Positions 37,077 to 47,191 are shown, counted from the first letter of the stretch. The stretch: DNA of 64,000 bases from Spirochaetota bacterium (GCA_041737965.1 JBGSQT010000038.1:101179-165178), one strand, 5' to 3'. Made by a program: numbers and translations. The notes: generated by a model from the sequence alone, not told the origin.

Positions 37077-38639
37077 GTGTTCATACAGATGAACGGGAGG
37101 TACAGGATGATAGTAACGATTGTTTTAATTTGCGCTCTCCCATTAACCGGCGTAATCGGATACGCGATCAGGTCTTATCTGGGGAAAATAAAGCTCAATT
37201 CTGCGGAAGCGCGATCACATAGGATTTTGCAGGACGCAATCAAAGAGGCTGAAAATAAAAGGAAAGAACTGCTTTTAGAGGCGAAAGACCAGCTTTTAAA
37301 AGAAAAAAACCTTCTTGAGAAGGAGAGTCGTGACCGCAGGCTGGAGATTCAGGGGGTCGAAAAAAAGCTCATGCAGAAGGAGGAGACCCTTGACCGCCGG
37401 CAGGAGCAGATCGAGAAGCAGGAAAAGATAATCCAGATGAAGGAGCAGGAAAACCAGGAGAAAGCGGACGAACTGCACAGGGAATTCGAGCGGCACCGGA
37501 AAGAGCTGGAGCGCATATCGAACATGACCTCGGACGAGGCGAAGACCCTTCTTTTGAAAAACCTTGAAAACGAGGTCCGTTTCGAAGCGGCGAAGCTGAT
37601 CAATAAAATCGACGAAGAGACCAAACGCACAGCGGAGAAAAAGGCCCGGGACGTCATCATCAGCGCGATTCAGCGTAACGCGTCGGATTACACATCCGAG
37701 AGCACCATCACCACCGTGTCGCTCCCTTCAGACGAAATGAAGGGGAGGATAATCGGCAGGGAGGGGAGGAATATCCGCACCCTGGAAAACCTTGTGGGCG
37801 TGGACATGATCATCGACGATACGCCGGAGGTGGTGGTGATCTCCGGTTTTGATCCGGTGAGGAGGGAGATCGCCAGGCTCTCGCTGGAGAGGCTCATACA
37901 AAACGGGAGGATCCATCCCGCGCGAATCGAGGAAGTGGTGGAGAAGGTCACCACGGAGCTCGAAGAGGCGATGCTGGAGGAGGGGGAGAAGGCCGCCTAC
38001 GAGCTCGGCATTCCGGGGATTTCCAAGGACGCTCTCTACAGCATAGGAAAGCTCAGGTACAGGACGAGCTACGGCCAGAACGTGCTGAGCCACAGCATCG
38101 AGGTGGCCAATCTTGCGGCGGTGATGGCCGGGGAGATGAACCTGGACGTCCAGCTGGCTAAGAGGGCGGGGCTGCTCCACGATATAGGCAAGGGGAGCAT
38201 GGTGGAGGGTGAAGGCGCCCACGCCCTTGTGGGTGCCGACATGGCGAAAAAGTTCGGTGAAACCGAGAAGATCATCAATTCCATCGCGTCCCACCACAAT
38301 GACAAGGAGCCGGAGTCCTACGAGGCGGTGCTGGTGCAGGTGGCTGACGCCATTTCGGCGTCGAGGCCGGGTGCCAGGAAGGAATCGCTTGACACCTACC
38401 TCAAAAGGCTGGACAATCTCGAAAAGATCGCGCTGAGCTTTAAGGGAGTCGACAAGTGCTACGCCATTCAGGCGGGGAGGGAGCTCCGCGTGATCGTGAA
38501 CAACGATTTGATAAACGACGACAGGGCCGAATCCATGGCACGGGAGATCGCGAGCAAGATCGAGTCCGAATTGAAGTATCCCGGGATCGTCAGGGTCACA
38601 CTGATACGGGAGACCAGGATTATCGATTATGCGAAATAG
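37077..38639 (+). CDS. rny: ribonuclease Y
   Basis: N-terminal TM, long coiled coil, KH domain (GRIIGREGRNIRTLENLVGVD), HD domain (HSIEVANLA...LLHDIGK); possible internal start at 37107. Confidence 0.9.
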   Translation: MFIQMNGRYRMIVTIVLICALPLTGVIGYAIRSYLGKIKLNSAEARSHRILQDAIKEAENKRKELLLEAKDQLLKEKNLLEKESRDRRLEIQGVEKKLMQKEETLDRRQEQIEKQEKIIQMKEQENQEKADELHREFERHRKELERISNMTSDEAKTLLLKNLENEVRFEAAKLINKIDEETKRTAEKKARDVIISAIQRNASDYTSESTITTVSLPSDEMKGRIIGREGRNIRTLENLVGVDMIIDDTPEVVVISGFDPVRREIARLSLERLIQNGRIHPARIEEVVEKVTTELEEAMLEEGEKAAYELGIPGISKDALYSIGKLRYRTSYGQNVLSHSIEVANLAAVMAGEMNLDVQLAKRAGLLHDIGKGSMVEGEGAHALVGADMAKKFGETEKIINSIASHHNDKEPESYEAVLVQVADAISASRPGARKESLDTYLKRLDNLEKIALSFKGVDKCYAIQAGRELRVIVNNDLINDDRAESMAREIASKIESELKYPGIVRVTLIRETRIIDYAK

Positions 38640-38696
38640 GGCCGGAGGCCCCGGAGCGGAAAAGAGGGCCTGCCGCAAAGAGCGCAAAGGGGAGAG

Positions 38697-39476
38697 ATGA
38701 AACAGACGGTCACCATTCTGGCCATCGGCGATATCGTGGGGAAGCCGGGGAGAAACGTCCTCACCGGCAGGCTCCAGGGGATGATCGACCAGTACAGGAT
38801 AGATTTCGTCATCGCCAACGGGGAGAATTCTGCGGCCGGGCTGTCCATCACCGCCGCAACCGTGAAGGAGCTCCTCGGTTCCGGCGTCGACGTAATCACA
38901 ACGGGAAACCATATCTGGAACGACAGCGATATACTGTCCATAATCGACGACGAGCAGTCGCTGATCAGGCCGGCAAACTATCCTCCCGGGACTCCCGGGT
39001 TCGGGTATACGGTGCGCCAGCTCAAAAACCTGAAGATTTGCGTTATTAACCTTATCGGAAGGACATTCATGCAGCCTCTCGACTGCCCATTCAGAAAATT
39101 TGACGAGATCTACGGGGAAGCCGGGGCAGGATCCGACATTATAATCGTTGATTTTCACGCCGAATCGACCTCGGAGAAGAAGGCCCTGGGCTGGTACGTG
39201 GACGGAAGGGCGTCGGCCCTTTTCGGAACCCACACCCACGTTCAGACAGCGGACGAGACGATTCTCGAAAAGGGGACCGGATATATCACCGACGTCGGGA
39301 TGACCGGGTCTTTTGATTCGGTAATAGGAATGAGGAAAGAGCTGTCCATAGAAAAATTTGTGAGGCAGAACAAGGTGAGGTTCAAGACGGCGGAGAAAGA
39401 CTGCCGGATCAACGGCATTGTGTTCGAGATCGGCAAAAACGGAAGGACAGAATCGCTCAGAAGGATCGCCTCTTGA
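38697..39476 (+). CDS. YmdB-like (TIGR00282) metallophosphoesterase
   Basis: 259 aa; MKQTVTILAIGDIVGKPGR...FVIANGENSAAG...TTGNHIWN; conserved neighbour of rny. Confidence 0.85.
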   Translation: MKQTVTILAIGDIVGKPGRNVLTGRLQGMIDQYRIDFVIANGENSAAGLSITAATVKELLGSGVDVITTGNHIWNDSDILSIIDDEQSLIRPANYPPGTPGFGYTVRQLKNLKICVINLIGRTFMQPLDCPFRKFDEIYGEAGAGSDIIIVDFHAESTSEKKALGWYVDGRASALFGTHTHVQTADETILEKGTGYITDVGMTGSFDSVIGMRKELSIEKFVRQNKVRFKTAEKDCRINGIVFEIGKNGRTESLRRIAS

Positions 39477-39502
39477 ATTGACGAACCGGGGGCCGGTGTC
39501 AG

Positions 39503-41389
39503 ATGTTACTGGAAAAAATTGATTCGATGGATGACCTCAAGAAGCTCGGCATGACAGAGCTGGAAACGCTGTCGGCCGAAGTGAGGGATTACATAATCGA
39601 AGTCATCGCCAAAAACGGCGGCCATCTCGCCTCTTCGCTCGGCGTGGTGGAGCTTACCGTGGCCCTCCATTACGTCTTTAACACTCCCGACGACAGGATC
39701 ATCTGGGACGTGGGGCACCAGAGCTACGCCCACAAAATCCTTACAGGCAGAAGGGAGGCGTTCCGTTCCGTGCGGAAGTACGGAGGTATCAGCGGTTTTC
39801 CGAAAATCAAGGAATCGCCCTTTGACACCTTCAATGTGGGGCACAGCAGCACCAGTCTTTCTCTGGCGCTGGGCGCGGCGGTGGCCCGCGATCTCAAGCG
39901 GGAGAAGCATAAGGTCGTTGCGGTAATAGGCGACGGGTCGCTGACCGGCGGCATGGCATTCGAGGCCCTTAACAATATGGGGCACGTGAAAAGCGATCTG
40001 ATCGTAATACTCAACGACAACGAGCACTCCATTTCAAGGAACGTCGGCGCGCTGTCGAAATACCTCACGCGCATCATCACGGACCCTCATTACAACCGGT
40101 TCAGGAGAAAGTCGATGGAACTGGTGAAGAGGATACCCCGGGTCGGCGGCGCTATTTACAAGTTCCTGTACGGATTTTTCGAGGGATTCAAGGGGCTTAT
40201 CGTGCCGGGCCGTCTATTCGATGATATGGGGATCAGGTATTTCGGCCCGGTGGACGGCCATAATCTCCCCCTATTAATTGAAATTCTCAGAAATGTCAAC
40301 AATATCGAAGCCGGGCCGAAAATTGTCCATGTCATCACCCGCAAGGGGAAGGGGTACGCCCCTGCGGAAAACGATCCCGCGCTCTTTCACGGCATCGGTC
40401 CCTTTAACCGCGCCACCGGAATCCCCCTGCATAAAAACCAGGGACTTTCCTATTCGGAAATAGCCGGGAAAACCGTCGCCAGGCTCGCGCAGAAAGACAA
40501 GACAATCATCGCGGTCACCGCGGCGATGAAGGTCGGCACCGGGCTTTATGAGTTCGAAAAATGCTGTCCCGACCGGTTTTTCGACGTGGGCATCGCCGAA
40601 CAGCACGCGATCACCTTTTCGGCCGCCATGGCCGCAAGCGGACTCAAGCCCTTTGTGTCGATCTACTCGACTTTTCTTCAGCGGGCGGTGGACCAATTGA
40701 TACACGATGTCGCGCTGATGAACCTTCCGGTCAGGTTGCTCATCGACAGGTCGGGCATTGTCGGCGATGACGGCGAAACGCACCACGGCCTCTTCGATAT
40801 CGCCATAATCAAAAATATACCCAACATGATATTTCTCGCCCCCGCTGACGGAGAGGAGCTCCGGGATATGATACAATTCGCGGCCCGCCACTCCGAGGGC
40901 CCTGTGGCGATACGGTTCCCCCGGGGGAACACTGACGGACGCGAGGTAGATCTCGACAGGTGCGTGCCGTTCAAACCAGGCAGCGCCGCGATATGTGCCC
41001 GGGGGGACGATGTGGCGATCTTTGCCCTGGGAGATATGGTGGCGCAGGGGCTCGCGGTCCGCGGCCTTCTTAAGAAGAAAGGCATCGAGACAACGGTGGT
41101 GAACCTAAGGTCCATTAAGCCGCTGGATATTCGCCTGATCGAACGCGTCATACGCAGGACAGGCGCCTTCATCACCCTTGAAAACGGCGTGGTGAGCGGC
41201 GGTATCGGCGAGTCCATTGCCGCGTCGGTTGCGAACGAGCTTAAGAAAAAACTCCTCTTTCCCGGCGGGTTTCCGGACTGCTTTATCTGCCACGGAAGCA
41301 ATGACGAACTGCTGGCGCACAACGGTCTCGATCCCTCGTCGCTCTGCTACAGGATAGCCGAAAAAGTGAAAAAAAAGCGACATCGCTGA
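39503..41389 (+). CDS. dxs: 1-deoxy-D-xylulose-5-phosphate synthase
   Basis: 628 aa; TPP-binding GDG...N motif (VIGDGSLTGGMAFEALNN), GHQSYAHKILTGRR, transketolase-like C-domain. Confidence 0.93.
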   Translation: MLLEKIDSMDDLKKLGMTELETLSAEVRDYIIEVIAKNGGHLASSLGVVELTVALHYVFNTPDDRIIWDVGHQSYAHKILTGRREAFRSVRKYGGISGFPKIKESPFDTFNVGHSSTSLSLALGAAVARDLKREKHKVVAVIGDGSLTGGMAFEALNNMGHVKSDLIVILNDNEHSISRNVGALSKYLTRIITDPHYNRFRRKSMELVKRIPRVGGAIYKFLYGFFEGFKGLIVPGRLFDDMGIRYFGPVDGHNLPLLIEILRNVNNIEAGPKIVHVITRKGKGYAPAENDPALFHGIGPFNRATGIPLHKNQGLSYSEIAGKTVARLAQKDKTIIAVTAAMKVGTGLYEFEKCCPDRFFDVGIAEQHAITFSAAMAASGLKPFVSIYSTFLQRAVDQLIHDVALMNLPVRLLIDRSGIVGDDGETHHGLFDIAIIKNIPNMIFLAPADGEELRDMIQFAARHSEGPVAIRFPRGNTDGREVDLDRCVPFKPGSAAICARGDDVAIFALGDMVAQGLAVRGLLKKKGIETTVVNLRSIKPLDIRLIERVIRRTGAFITLENGVVSGGIGESIAASVANELKKKLLFPGGFPDCFICHGSNDELLAHNGLDPSSLCYRIAEKVKKKRHR

Positions 41390-42225
41390 TGGTTAAAAAA
41401 AAGCAGTACCGCCTGGACGGTTTTCTCGCCGACCGGGGACTGTCGCAGTCCCGCGAGAAGGCCAAGCGGGAGATCCTCGCGGGCTGGGTCAGGGTAAACG
41501 GCGAAACTTTACGCGATCCGTCGGCGCGGCTTTATGGTGACGAATCGGTGACCGTGGAGAGGCCGGGGGGGCTCTACGTGAGCAGGGGGGGGGAGAAGCT
41601 CAGGAAGGCGATAGACTCCTTCGGCATCAATTTAACCGGAGTGAACGCGCTGGATCTGGGAGCGTCAACCGGGGGATTCACCGACTGTATGCTGAAAGCG
41701 GGGGCCGCAATGGTGTACGCGGTCGACGTGGGATACGGCCAGCTCGATTATTCCCTGCGGACTGATAAACGGGTGACTGTCATGGAGAGGCGTCACGTGA
41801 ATTCGCTGACAGCCGATGATTTTAACCTGCCGGTCGGGTTCGTGGCCGCGGATCTTTCCTTTATTTCCGTACTGAAAGTTGCGGACAGGATAGCGGGACT
41901 GTTTCCAGGCGTCCGGGGGGTCATGCTGATAAAGCCGCAGTTTGAGGCCATGCCGGGGGAACAGAAAAAAGGAGTGGTCAGGAAACCGGAGCACCACGGC
42001 GCAATTCTGAAACGGGTCATTTCCGGACTTGCGGCCAGGAGGATCGTTCTGCTCGGCCTCGATTACTCTCCGATCAAGGGGCCCAAGGGGAATATCGAAT
42101 ATCTCGCGTTTCTGAAGTTCGGGACTTGCGATGCCGGAGACCCGGCCGAAATTTTTGAAGCCGCGGCGGATCGCGTCGTAGAGGAGTCTCATGGCGCGCT
42201 GAACCCTGTGCGCCCTGAACCGTAA
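41389..42225 (+). CDS. tlyA: TlyA-family rRNA (cytidine-2'-O)-methyltransferase
   Basis: 278 aa; S4 RNA-binding N-terminus (RLDGFLADRGLSQSREKAKREILAGWVRVNG) plus FtsJ-like MTase (LDLGASTGGFTD). Confidence 0.85.
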   Translation: MVKKKQYRLDGFLADRGLSQSREKAKREILAGWVRVNGETLRDPSARLYGDESVTVERPGGLYVSRGGEKLRKAIDSFGINLTGVNALDLGASTGGFTDCMLKAGAAMVYAVDVGYGQLDYSLRTDKRVTVMERRHVNSLTADDFNLPVGFVAADLSFISVLKVADRIAGLFPGVRGVMLIKPQFEAMPGEQKKGVVRKPEHHGAILKRVISGLAARRIVLLGLDYSPIKGPKGNIEYLAFLKFGTCDAGDPAEIFEAAADRVVEESHGALNPVRPEP

Positions 42226-42309
42226 TCAGGCGTAAAAGCGCTACCCGCGGATTCATCATATAAAAGACCGAAAAAAAACAATTCCGGCAATCCCATCGGT
42301 AAATATTTG

Positions 42310-42340
42310 TTGACCCTCATAATGCCATTTGTTTTATAAT
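42310..42340 (+). promoter_or_regulatory. sigma70-like promoter (TTGACC ... TTTTATAAT)
   Basis: TTGACC at 42310-42315 and an extended -10 at 42332-42340, upstream of the 42375 operon. Confidence 0.4.
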
Positions 42341-42374
42341 TTTATCATTCGCGTTCGTGTAACGTAGTGAAACC

Positions 42375-42737
42375 ATGAAAAGAATCCTATCATTCCTTCT
42401 CGTATTCCTATTTGCCATGACAGCCGGCATTCTGGCGTCCGTCACTAGCGGAATAATCGCGTACCCTGTACCGTACAATCCCGACCGGGGGGTGATGCGG
42501 ATTGACGATAAAAGCGGGACCCTTTCCGCCGTGCAGAGGGTCGAGGTGACCGTTTTCGACATCAACGGCGACCGTGTGTTCAACCGGGCCTATCCGGGGT
42601 TTGCCGGCGTGAGCTGGAACGGCAGAAACAGGAGCGGCGACAAGGTTAGTCCCGGGTTATACATGGTAAAAGTTGAGGTTGAAGACGCGGGCGGTTACAG
42701 GGGGAGCAAGATTATACGGATTCTGGTGAATTATTGA
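42375..42737 (+). CDS. small secreted protein consisting essentially of a FlgD-Ig / T9SS-CTD-like beta-sandwich domain
   Basis: 120 aa; signal peptide (ILSFLLVFLFAMTAGILASVTSG); mature part follows the pattern YPVPYNPDRG...VEVTVFDINGDRVFN...WNGRNRSGDKVSPGLYMVKVEVED...KIIRILV, characteristic of FlgD Ig-like / type-IX C-terminal sorting domains. Confidence 0.55.
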   Translation: MKRILSFLLVFLFAMTAGILASVTSGIIAYPVPYNPDRGVMRIDDKSGTLSAVQRVEVTVFDINGDRVFNRAYPGFAGVSWNGRNRSGDKVSPGLYMVKVEVEDAGGYRGSKIIRILVNY

Positions 42738-42748
42738 GGCCTCAGGGG

Positions 42749-43774
42749 ATGAATATCCGGGTTGTTACATGCACAGGGACCGCAGTCCTTCTTATAATGC
42801 TTCACTGCGTCGCGTTGAACGCTGCCGGCGCGGGGAGCAGGGCGGCGTTCACGAGGTCGGGATGGGTCGGAGCGCGGTACGCCGCAATGGGCGCTTCAGG
42901 TGAAACCTCCGCCGATGATGTATTTGCGATATACTGGAACCCGGCAGGACTCACGGAGCTGAAGGGGAGATCGAGGCTTTCTCTGGGGGATATACAGGCA
43001 AAAGTACGGGAAGGGAACGCGGATGAGATAACGGAATCTGAGCTGACCCGGTTTTCCGAGGAAACCGGTGAGGGCTTCTTCATTCAGCTGGGAATCTCCG
43101 CGGCGAAACTTGACATTGAACGCAACGCCGGCTTTGCCGGGGCCGCATTCAGCCTTTTCAGGGGAGTGTTCGGCGTTGGCCTCTATTCGATATACTCGCC
43201 GGGAATAGAATCCAGGGACCAGTACGGCAACTATCTGGGGGATCTCGATTATCTCGCCTCTGTCGTGTATCTTTCCTACGCCTTCACATTCGGAGGGGTG
43301 GCGTCGCTGGGCATTTCAGCCAAGGTGCTGTACGAGAAAATCGGGCATACCTCCTATACCGGGGGCGGCGTCGACATAGGCGTTCAGGTATACGTGCTCC
43401 CGTTCATCAAGATAGGTTTTATCGCCCAGGACCTCGGTTCCGGGCTCTATCCGGTGGACAGTTACGCGTCAATCAGGGAGCGCTATGAAACCGCGTCCCC
43501 CACACTGCGTATAGGGATCGCATTCATCAGCAACGCGGGGCTCACACTCACCTTCAGCGGGATAAAAAAACTTGAGCAGAAAGAGATATTTTACGGCGTC
43601 GGCGTCGAGTACGACTTTTTCCGGTTTACCACGATCCACCTGGGATTCAACGGATCGCAGTTTTCCACCGGGCTGACCGTGCATCTGGCCAGCATCGATT
43701 TTTCCTACGCCTTCGCTTTCGACAATGTCGATAACGGGTATAATAACATGATATCTCTGACGCTTCTATTCTAG
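42749..43774 (+). CDS. FadL/TodX/PorV-like outer-membrane beta-barrel protein
   Basis: Signal peptide; N-terminal hatch-like segment GARYAAMGASGETSADDVFAIYWNPAGL with the NPA motif of FadL-family transporters; beta-strand-rich; terminal LLF. An alternative TTG start at 42734 overlaps the upstream stop; GAGG Shine-Dalgarno is 8 nt before the ATG at 42749. Confidence 0.6.
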   Translation: MNIRVVTCTGTAVLLIMLHCVALNAAGAGSRAAFTRSGWVGARYAAMGASGETSADDVFAIYWNPAGLTELKGRSRLSLGDIQAKVREGNADEITESELTRFSEETGEGFFIQLGISAAKLDIERNAGFAGAAFSLFRGVFGVGLYSIYSPGIESRDQYGNYLGDLDYLASVVYLSYAFTFGGVASLGISAKVLYEKIGHTSYTGGGVDIGVQVYVLPFIKIGFIAQDLGSGLYPVDSYASIRERYETASPTLRIGIAFISNAGLTLTFSGIKKLEQKEIFYGVGVEYDFFRFTTIHLGFNGSQFSTGLTVHLASIDFSYAFAFDNVDNGYNNMISLTLLF

Positions 43775-43775
43775 G

Positions 43776-44582
43776 ATGTCCATGGGCGGAACCGTGCGAA
43801 TAATGGGGGTGCTGAACGTGACCCCGGACTCTTTTTCCGACAGCGGGAAGTACTACGAATTCCACGCCGCGGTGGACCATGCGTTCAGGATGAGGGATGA
43901 CGGGGCGGACATCATCGACATCGGCGGGGAATCCACCCGCCCCGGCGCCGAACCGGTTGCCGCCGATCTTGAGATCGATCGGATTTGTCCCGTCATCGAG
44001 GCGATACGGAAGGACATCGGCGTCCCGATATCGGTGGACACCTACAAGAGCCGGGTCGCCGAAGCGGCGTTGGCCGCGGGAGCGTCCATGGTAAACGACA
44101 TAAGCGGTCTTACCTTTGACGCTGACATGGCGCGGGTAGCGGCCGGCAGGGGTGCGTCGGTGGTGATCTCCCACATCAAGGGGAACCCGAAGACCATGCA
44201 GGTCGATCCGCGCTATGACGACCTCATGGGGGAAATTGCCGGTTTTCTCGCAGCTTCGGCAGGCATTGCCCTGACGGCGGGCATACCTAAGGAGAGGATA
44301 ATTCTGGATCCGGGAATCGGTTTCGGCAAGAGCATGGAAGACAATTACCGGATTATCAATAATATCAGTGTTTTAAAAACTTTGGGCTATCCGGTACTTA
44401 TCGGCCTTTCAAGGAAATCACTTATCGGAAAGCTCTACGACGACGACTCCGACCGCCTTCCCGCGACGATCGCGCTGAATGCGGCTGCGGCGCTCAACGG
44501 GGCGGATATAATAAGGGTGCACGATGTCAGGGAGCACAGGCTCGCCATGGCCGGCATCGACGCACTCAGGAAGGTGTCCTGA
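43776..44582 (+). CDS. folP: dihydropteroate synthase
   Basis: 268 aa; MGVLNVTPDSFSDSG, DIIDIGGESTRPGA and pterin-binding motifs. Confidence 0.9.
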   Translation: MSMGGTVRIMGVLNVTPDSFSDSGKYYEFHAAVDHAFRMRDDGADIIDIGGESTRPGAEPVAADLEIDRICPVIEAIRKDIGVPISVDTYKSRVAEAALAAGASMVNDISGLTFDADMARVAAGRGASVVISHIKGNPKTMQVDPRYDDLMGEIAGFLAASAGIALTAGIPKERIILDPGIGFGKSMEDNYRIINNISVLKTLGYPVLIGLSRKSLIGKLYDDDSDRLPATIALNAAAALNGADIIRVHDVREHRLAMAGIDALRKVS

Positions 44583-44586
44583 CTCA

Positions 44587-45396
44587 ATGGAAGAAATGGT
44601 CAACAGATTTTTCGACCTGTTCCTGGTAATGTGGGAATACCTCAGGAACATTATCGATATTCTCGGTGTTGCCTTTATACTGTACTGGGTCTATGTCTTT
44701 TTTTCGCAGACAAAGGCGGTACAGCTCCTGAAGGGTGTGTTGTTCATCGTCATAGTGGCGGTGCTCTCACGGGTGCTGAAGCTCGATACGCTGAACTGGC
44801 TTATCGAACGGTTCGTCATCTACGGCGTCATCGCCCTGGTGATCCTTTTTCAGCCGGAGCTGAGAAGAATGATCACGCAGTTCGGACAGCGCAACTGGAT
44901 CTCCTTTGATTCGGGAAAGGAGCCGTTTCCGCTGGACGAACTCGTAAGCGCCATTTTCTCCATGTCGGACCAGAAAGTCGGGTCACTCATCGTAATAGAG
45001 AGGAACACCGGATTAAGGAGCTATGTGGAATCGGGAGTTTCGGTGAACTCGTCTATTTCGGAAGAGCTTATTCGGACGATATTTTTTCCCCTCACGCCGC
45101 TTCATGACGGCGCCATCATCGTGCAGGAGGGGAGGGTGGCCGCGGCCGCATGTTATCTTCCTCTTTCAGACTCGAAACAGCTGAAAAAACAGCACGGCGC
45201 CCGGCACAGGGCCGCGCTCGGCATCGCGGAAGAGACCGACGCCCTTGTGCTGGTCACTTCGGAGGAGACCGGCAACATCTCGATCATGGTGAACGGAAAG
45301 ATGTATTCCAAGGTGAAGGTCTCGGACCTGAAAAACATGATACTCTACTTTATGAACCCAAAGACCGCCTATGAGGGAAGCTATAAGATATCATGA
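44587..45396 (+). CDS. cdaA: diadenylate cyclase (c-di-AMP synthase), membrane-anchored
   Basis: Three N-terminal TMs then DAC domain (LTPLHDGAIIV...RHRAALGI..TDALVLVTSEETG); start taken at MEEMVNRFF (44587) rather than the ORF-track 44524. Confidence 0.9.
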   Translation: MEEMVNRFFDLFLVMWEYLRNIIDILGVAFILYWVYVFFSQTKAVQLLKGVLFIVIVAVLSRVLKLDTLNWLIERFVIYGVIALVILFQPELRRMITQFGQRNWISFDSGKEPFPLDELVSAIFSMSDQKVGSLIVIERNTGLRSYVESGVSVNSSISEELIRTIFFPLTPLHDGAIIVQEGRVAAAACYLPLSDSKQLKKQHGARHRAALGIAEETDALVLVTSEETGNISIMVNGKMYSKVKVSDLKNMILYFMNPKTAYEGSYKIS

Positions 45397-46367
45397 AACA
45401 CTTTCTGGAATCATTCGGGAGATTTGCCGTACAGAATAAGCTTCTGCCCAAGCTGGTGTGCCTTTTCCTTTCCGTGCTTCTCTGGGCATTCATAGGCAAC
45501 AGGCAGAGCGGACGTATCATGTTCAGGGTTCCCATTGATTTCAAGAACCTGTCAGAAGGGCTTATCATATCCGATTATTCCGACAAATACGTATTCGTGT
45601 CGCTGGAGGGGAAAAAGGAATACCTGAAGGGCGTAACCATGAAAAACGTGGAGGCCTTTGTTGACCTTTCCAACGCCATCATAGGTGAATCCAAAAACTA
45701 CACCCTCGACTTCGACAGGCACCAGCTTCCGGAAAGCGTCTCGCTCAATCCCGCCGAGCGGGAGGTGTCGCTCACGATTGAGCGTATCCGCAACAAATGG
45801 GTGAAGGTGGTCCCGAGGATCGTCGGCGCCGCGTCATCAGGAAAGATCATCGGAAAGATAAAAGTGTATCCGGAATACGTGATGATAAGCGGACCGGCAT
45901 CGCAGATAGAAGGAATCCTTTCGGTGAAAACCGACGAGATTTCGCTGGCGGACGAATACGAAGACCTTGACAGGAACGTTGAGCTCGACCAGAGCGATTT
46001 CAGGTTTGTAAAAATCAGCGAGACCACCATACGAGTCACCGTGCCCATCGTGAAAAATGATAACGTCTACGCGGTGGAGGTGCCTGTATCGGTCTATCGG
46101 GTGGACGAACGGTTCAAGGCGGACACCGGCGATTTGAAAGTGCGGGTGTATTTCAGGTCGGACAGCGGAAGCAAATATAATTCCGACGACCTCGAGGCAT
46201 ACGCGGACGCCGGCGGGGTGAATTATCAGCAGATTGTAAAGAACGGGTCCGGTATGTTTGAGAAAACATTGCCGGTTTTGGTCCGGCTGAAATCCAGAAA
46301 GAGCATAGAAGGGGAGGTGGTCACCTTTCTGCCTGATGCAGTTGATATAACGCTGACGAGAAAATGA
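45393..46367 (+). CDS. cdaR: CdaR / YbbR-domain regulator of CdaA
   Basis: 324 aa; N-terminal TM followed by repeated YbbR-like beta domains; overlaps cdaA by 4 nt as in other cdaA-cdaR operons. Confidence 0.78.
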   Translation: MKHFLESFGRFAVQNKLLPKLVCLFLSVLLWAFIGNRQSGRIMFRVPIDFKNLSEGLIISDYSDKYVFVSLEGKKEYLKGVTMKNVEAFVDLSNAIIGESKNYTLDFDRHQLPESVSLNPAEREVSLTIERIRNKWVKVVPRIVGAASSGKIIGKIKVYPEYVMISGPASQIEGILSVKTDEISLADEYEDLDRNVELDQSDFRFVKISETTIRVTVPIVKNDNVYAVEVPVSVYRVDERFKADTGDLKVRVYFRSDSGSKYNSDDLEAYADAGGVNYQQIVKNGSGMFEKTLPVLVRLKSRKSIEGEVVTFLPDAVDITLTRK

Positions 46368-46379
46368 CGTGTTTCAGTT

Positions 46380-47162
46380 ATGAGAGAAAGTAATATGAAG
46401 GAAATATCGCTGTGCGTGAACATCGACCATATCGCCACCCTCCGTCAGGCCAGAGGGGTGAAATATCCTGATCCGCTGGCCGGGGCCAGGGTCTGCGAGG
46501 AAAGCGGCGCCCGCGGCATCACCGTGCATCTGCGGGAAGACAGGCGGCATATTCAGGACCGGGACGTCGAGGCGCTGAAGGGGATCGTCAGGGGAAAATT
46601 CAATCTTGAAATGGCACTTTCGGACGATATAATAGCGGTGGCCAGAAGGGTGAAACCCGATCAGGTCACCCTTGTGCCCGAGAAAAGAGAGGAGCTCACC
46701 ACCGAGGGCGGCCTGGATGTGAGGGGACAGTTCGACCGGATTTGCGAGGTGACCGGTTTGTTCAGGAATGACGGCATTAGAGTCTCGCTCTTCATTGAAC
46801 CGGATGAGGAGACGGTACTGCTTTCGAAAAAAACCGGGGCCGATCATATCGAGATTCACACCGGCCTCTATTGCGCCCTGTATGACCGCCGGCCTGAGCG
46901 GGGCGTTGACGATCCGGAAACCGCGGAGCAACTTCGGAGGATACACCGCGCCGCGGAAACGGCCCGGGACGCCGGACTCGGGGTGAACGCGGGGCACGGA
47001 CTCGATTGCGGCAATCTCCCGCCGGTCCTCGGGGCGCCGGGGCTCGCGGAACTCAATATCGGTTTTTCCATCATCGCCAGGTCGGTCTTCCTCGGACTGC
47101 CGGCTGCGGTAAAAGAGGTCCTTGCGCTCATCAATGGGGCGGGGGAGCATCACAGGGGGTAA
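46380..47162 (+). CDS. pdxJ: pyridoxine 5'-phosphate synthase
   Basis: LCVNIDHIATLRQARG...ITVHLREDRRHI... full-length PdxJ TIM-barrel. Confidence 0.9.
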   Translation: MRESNMKEISLCVNIDHIATLRQARGVKYPDPLAGARVCEESGARGITVHLREDRRHIQDRDVEALKGIVRGKFNLEMALSDDIIAVARRVKPDQVTLVPEKREELTTEGGLDVRGQFDRICEVTGLFRNDGIRVSLFIEPDEETVLLSKKTGADHIEIHTGLYCALYDRRPERGVDDPETAEQLRRIHRAAETARDAGLGVNAGHGLDCGNLPPVLGAPGLAELNIGFSIIARSVFLGLPAAVKEVLALINGAGEHHRG

Positions 47163-47191
47163 TCGTGTTTTTGCTGAAGCTTTTGCAGATA

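Noticed and set aside
37728-39239. 503-aa minus-strand ORF spanning rny and the ymdB-like gene
   Set aside because: Arg/Pro/Gly/His-rich low-complexity translation typical of the antisense frame of GC-rich coding DNA; the plus-strand genes have unambiguous RNase Y and YmdB motifs.
40274-41322. 205- and 214-aa minus-strand ORFs within dxs
   Set aside because: Nested antisense frames in a gene with unambiguous DXS motifs.
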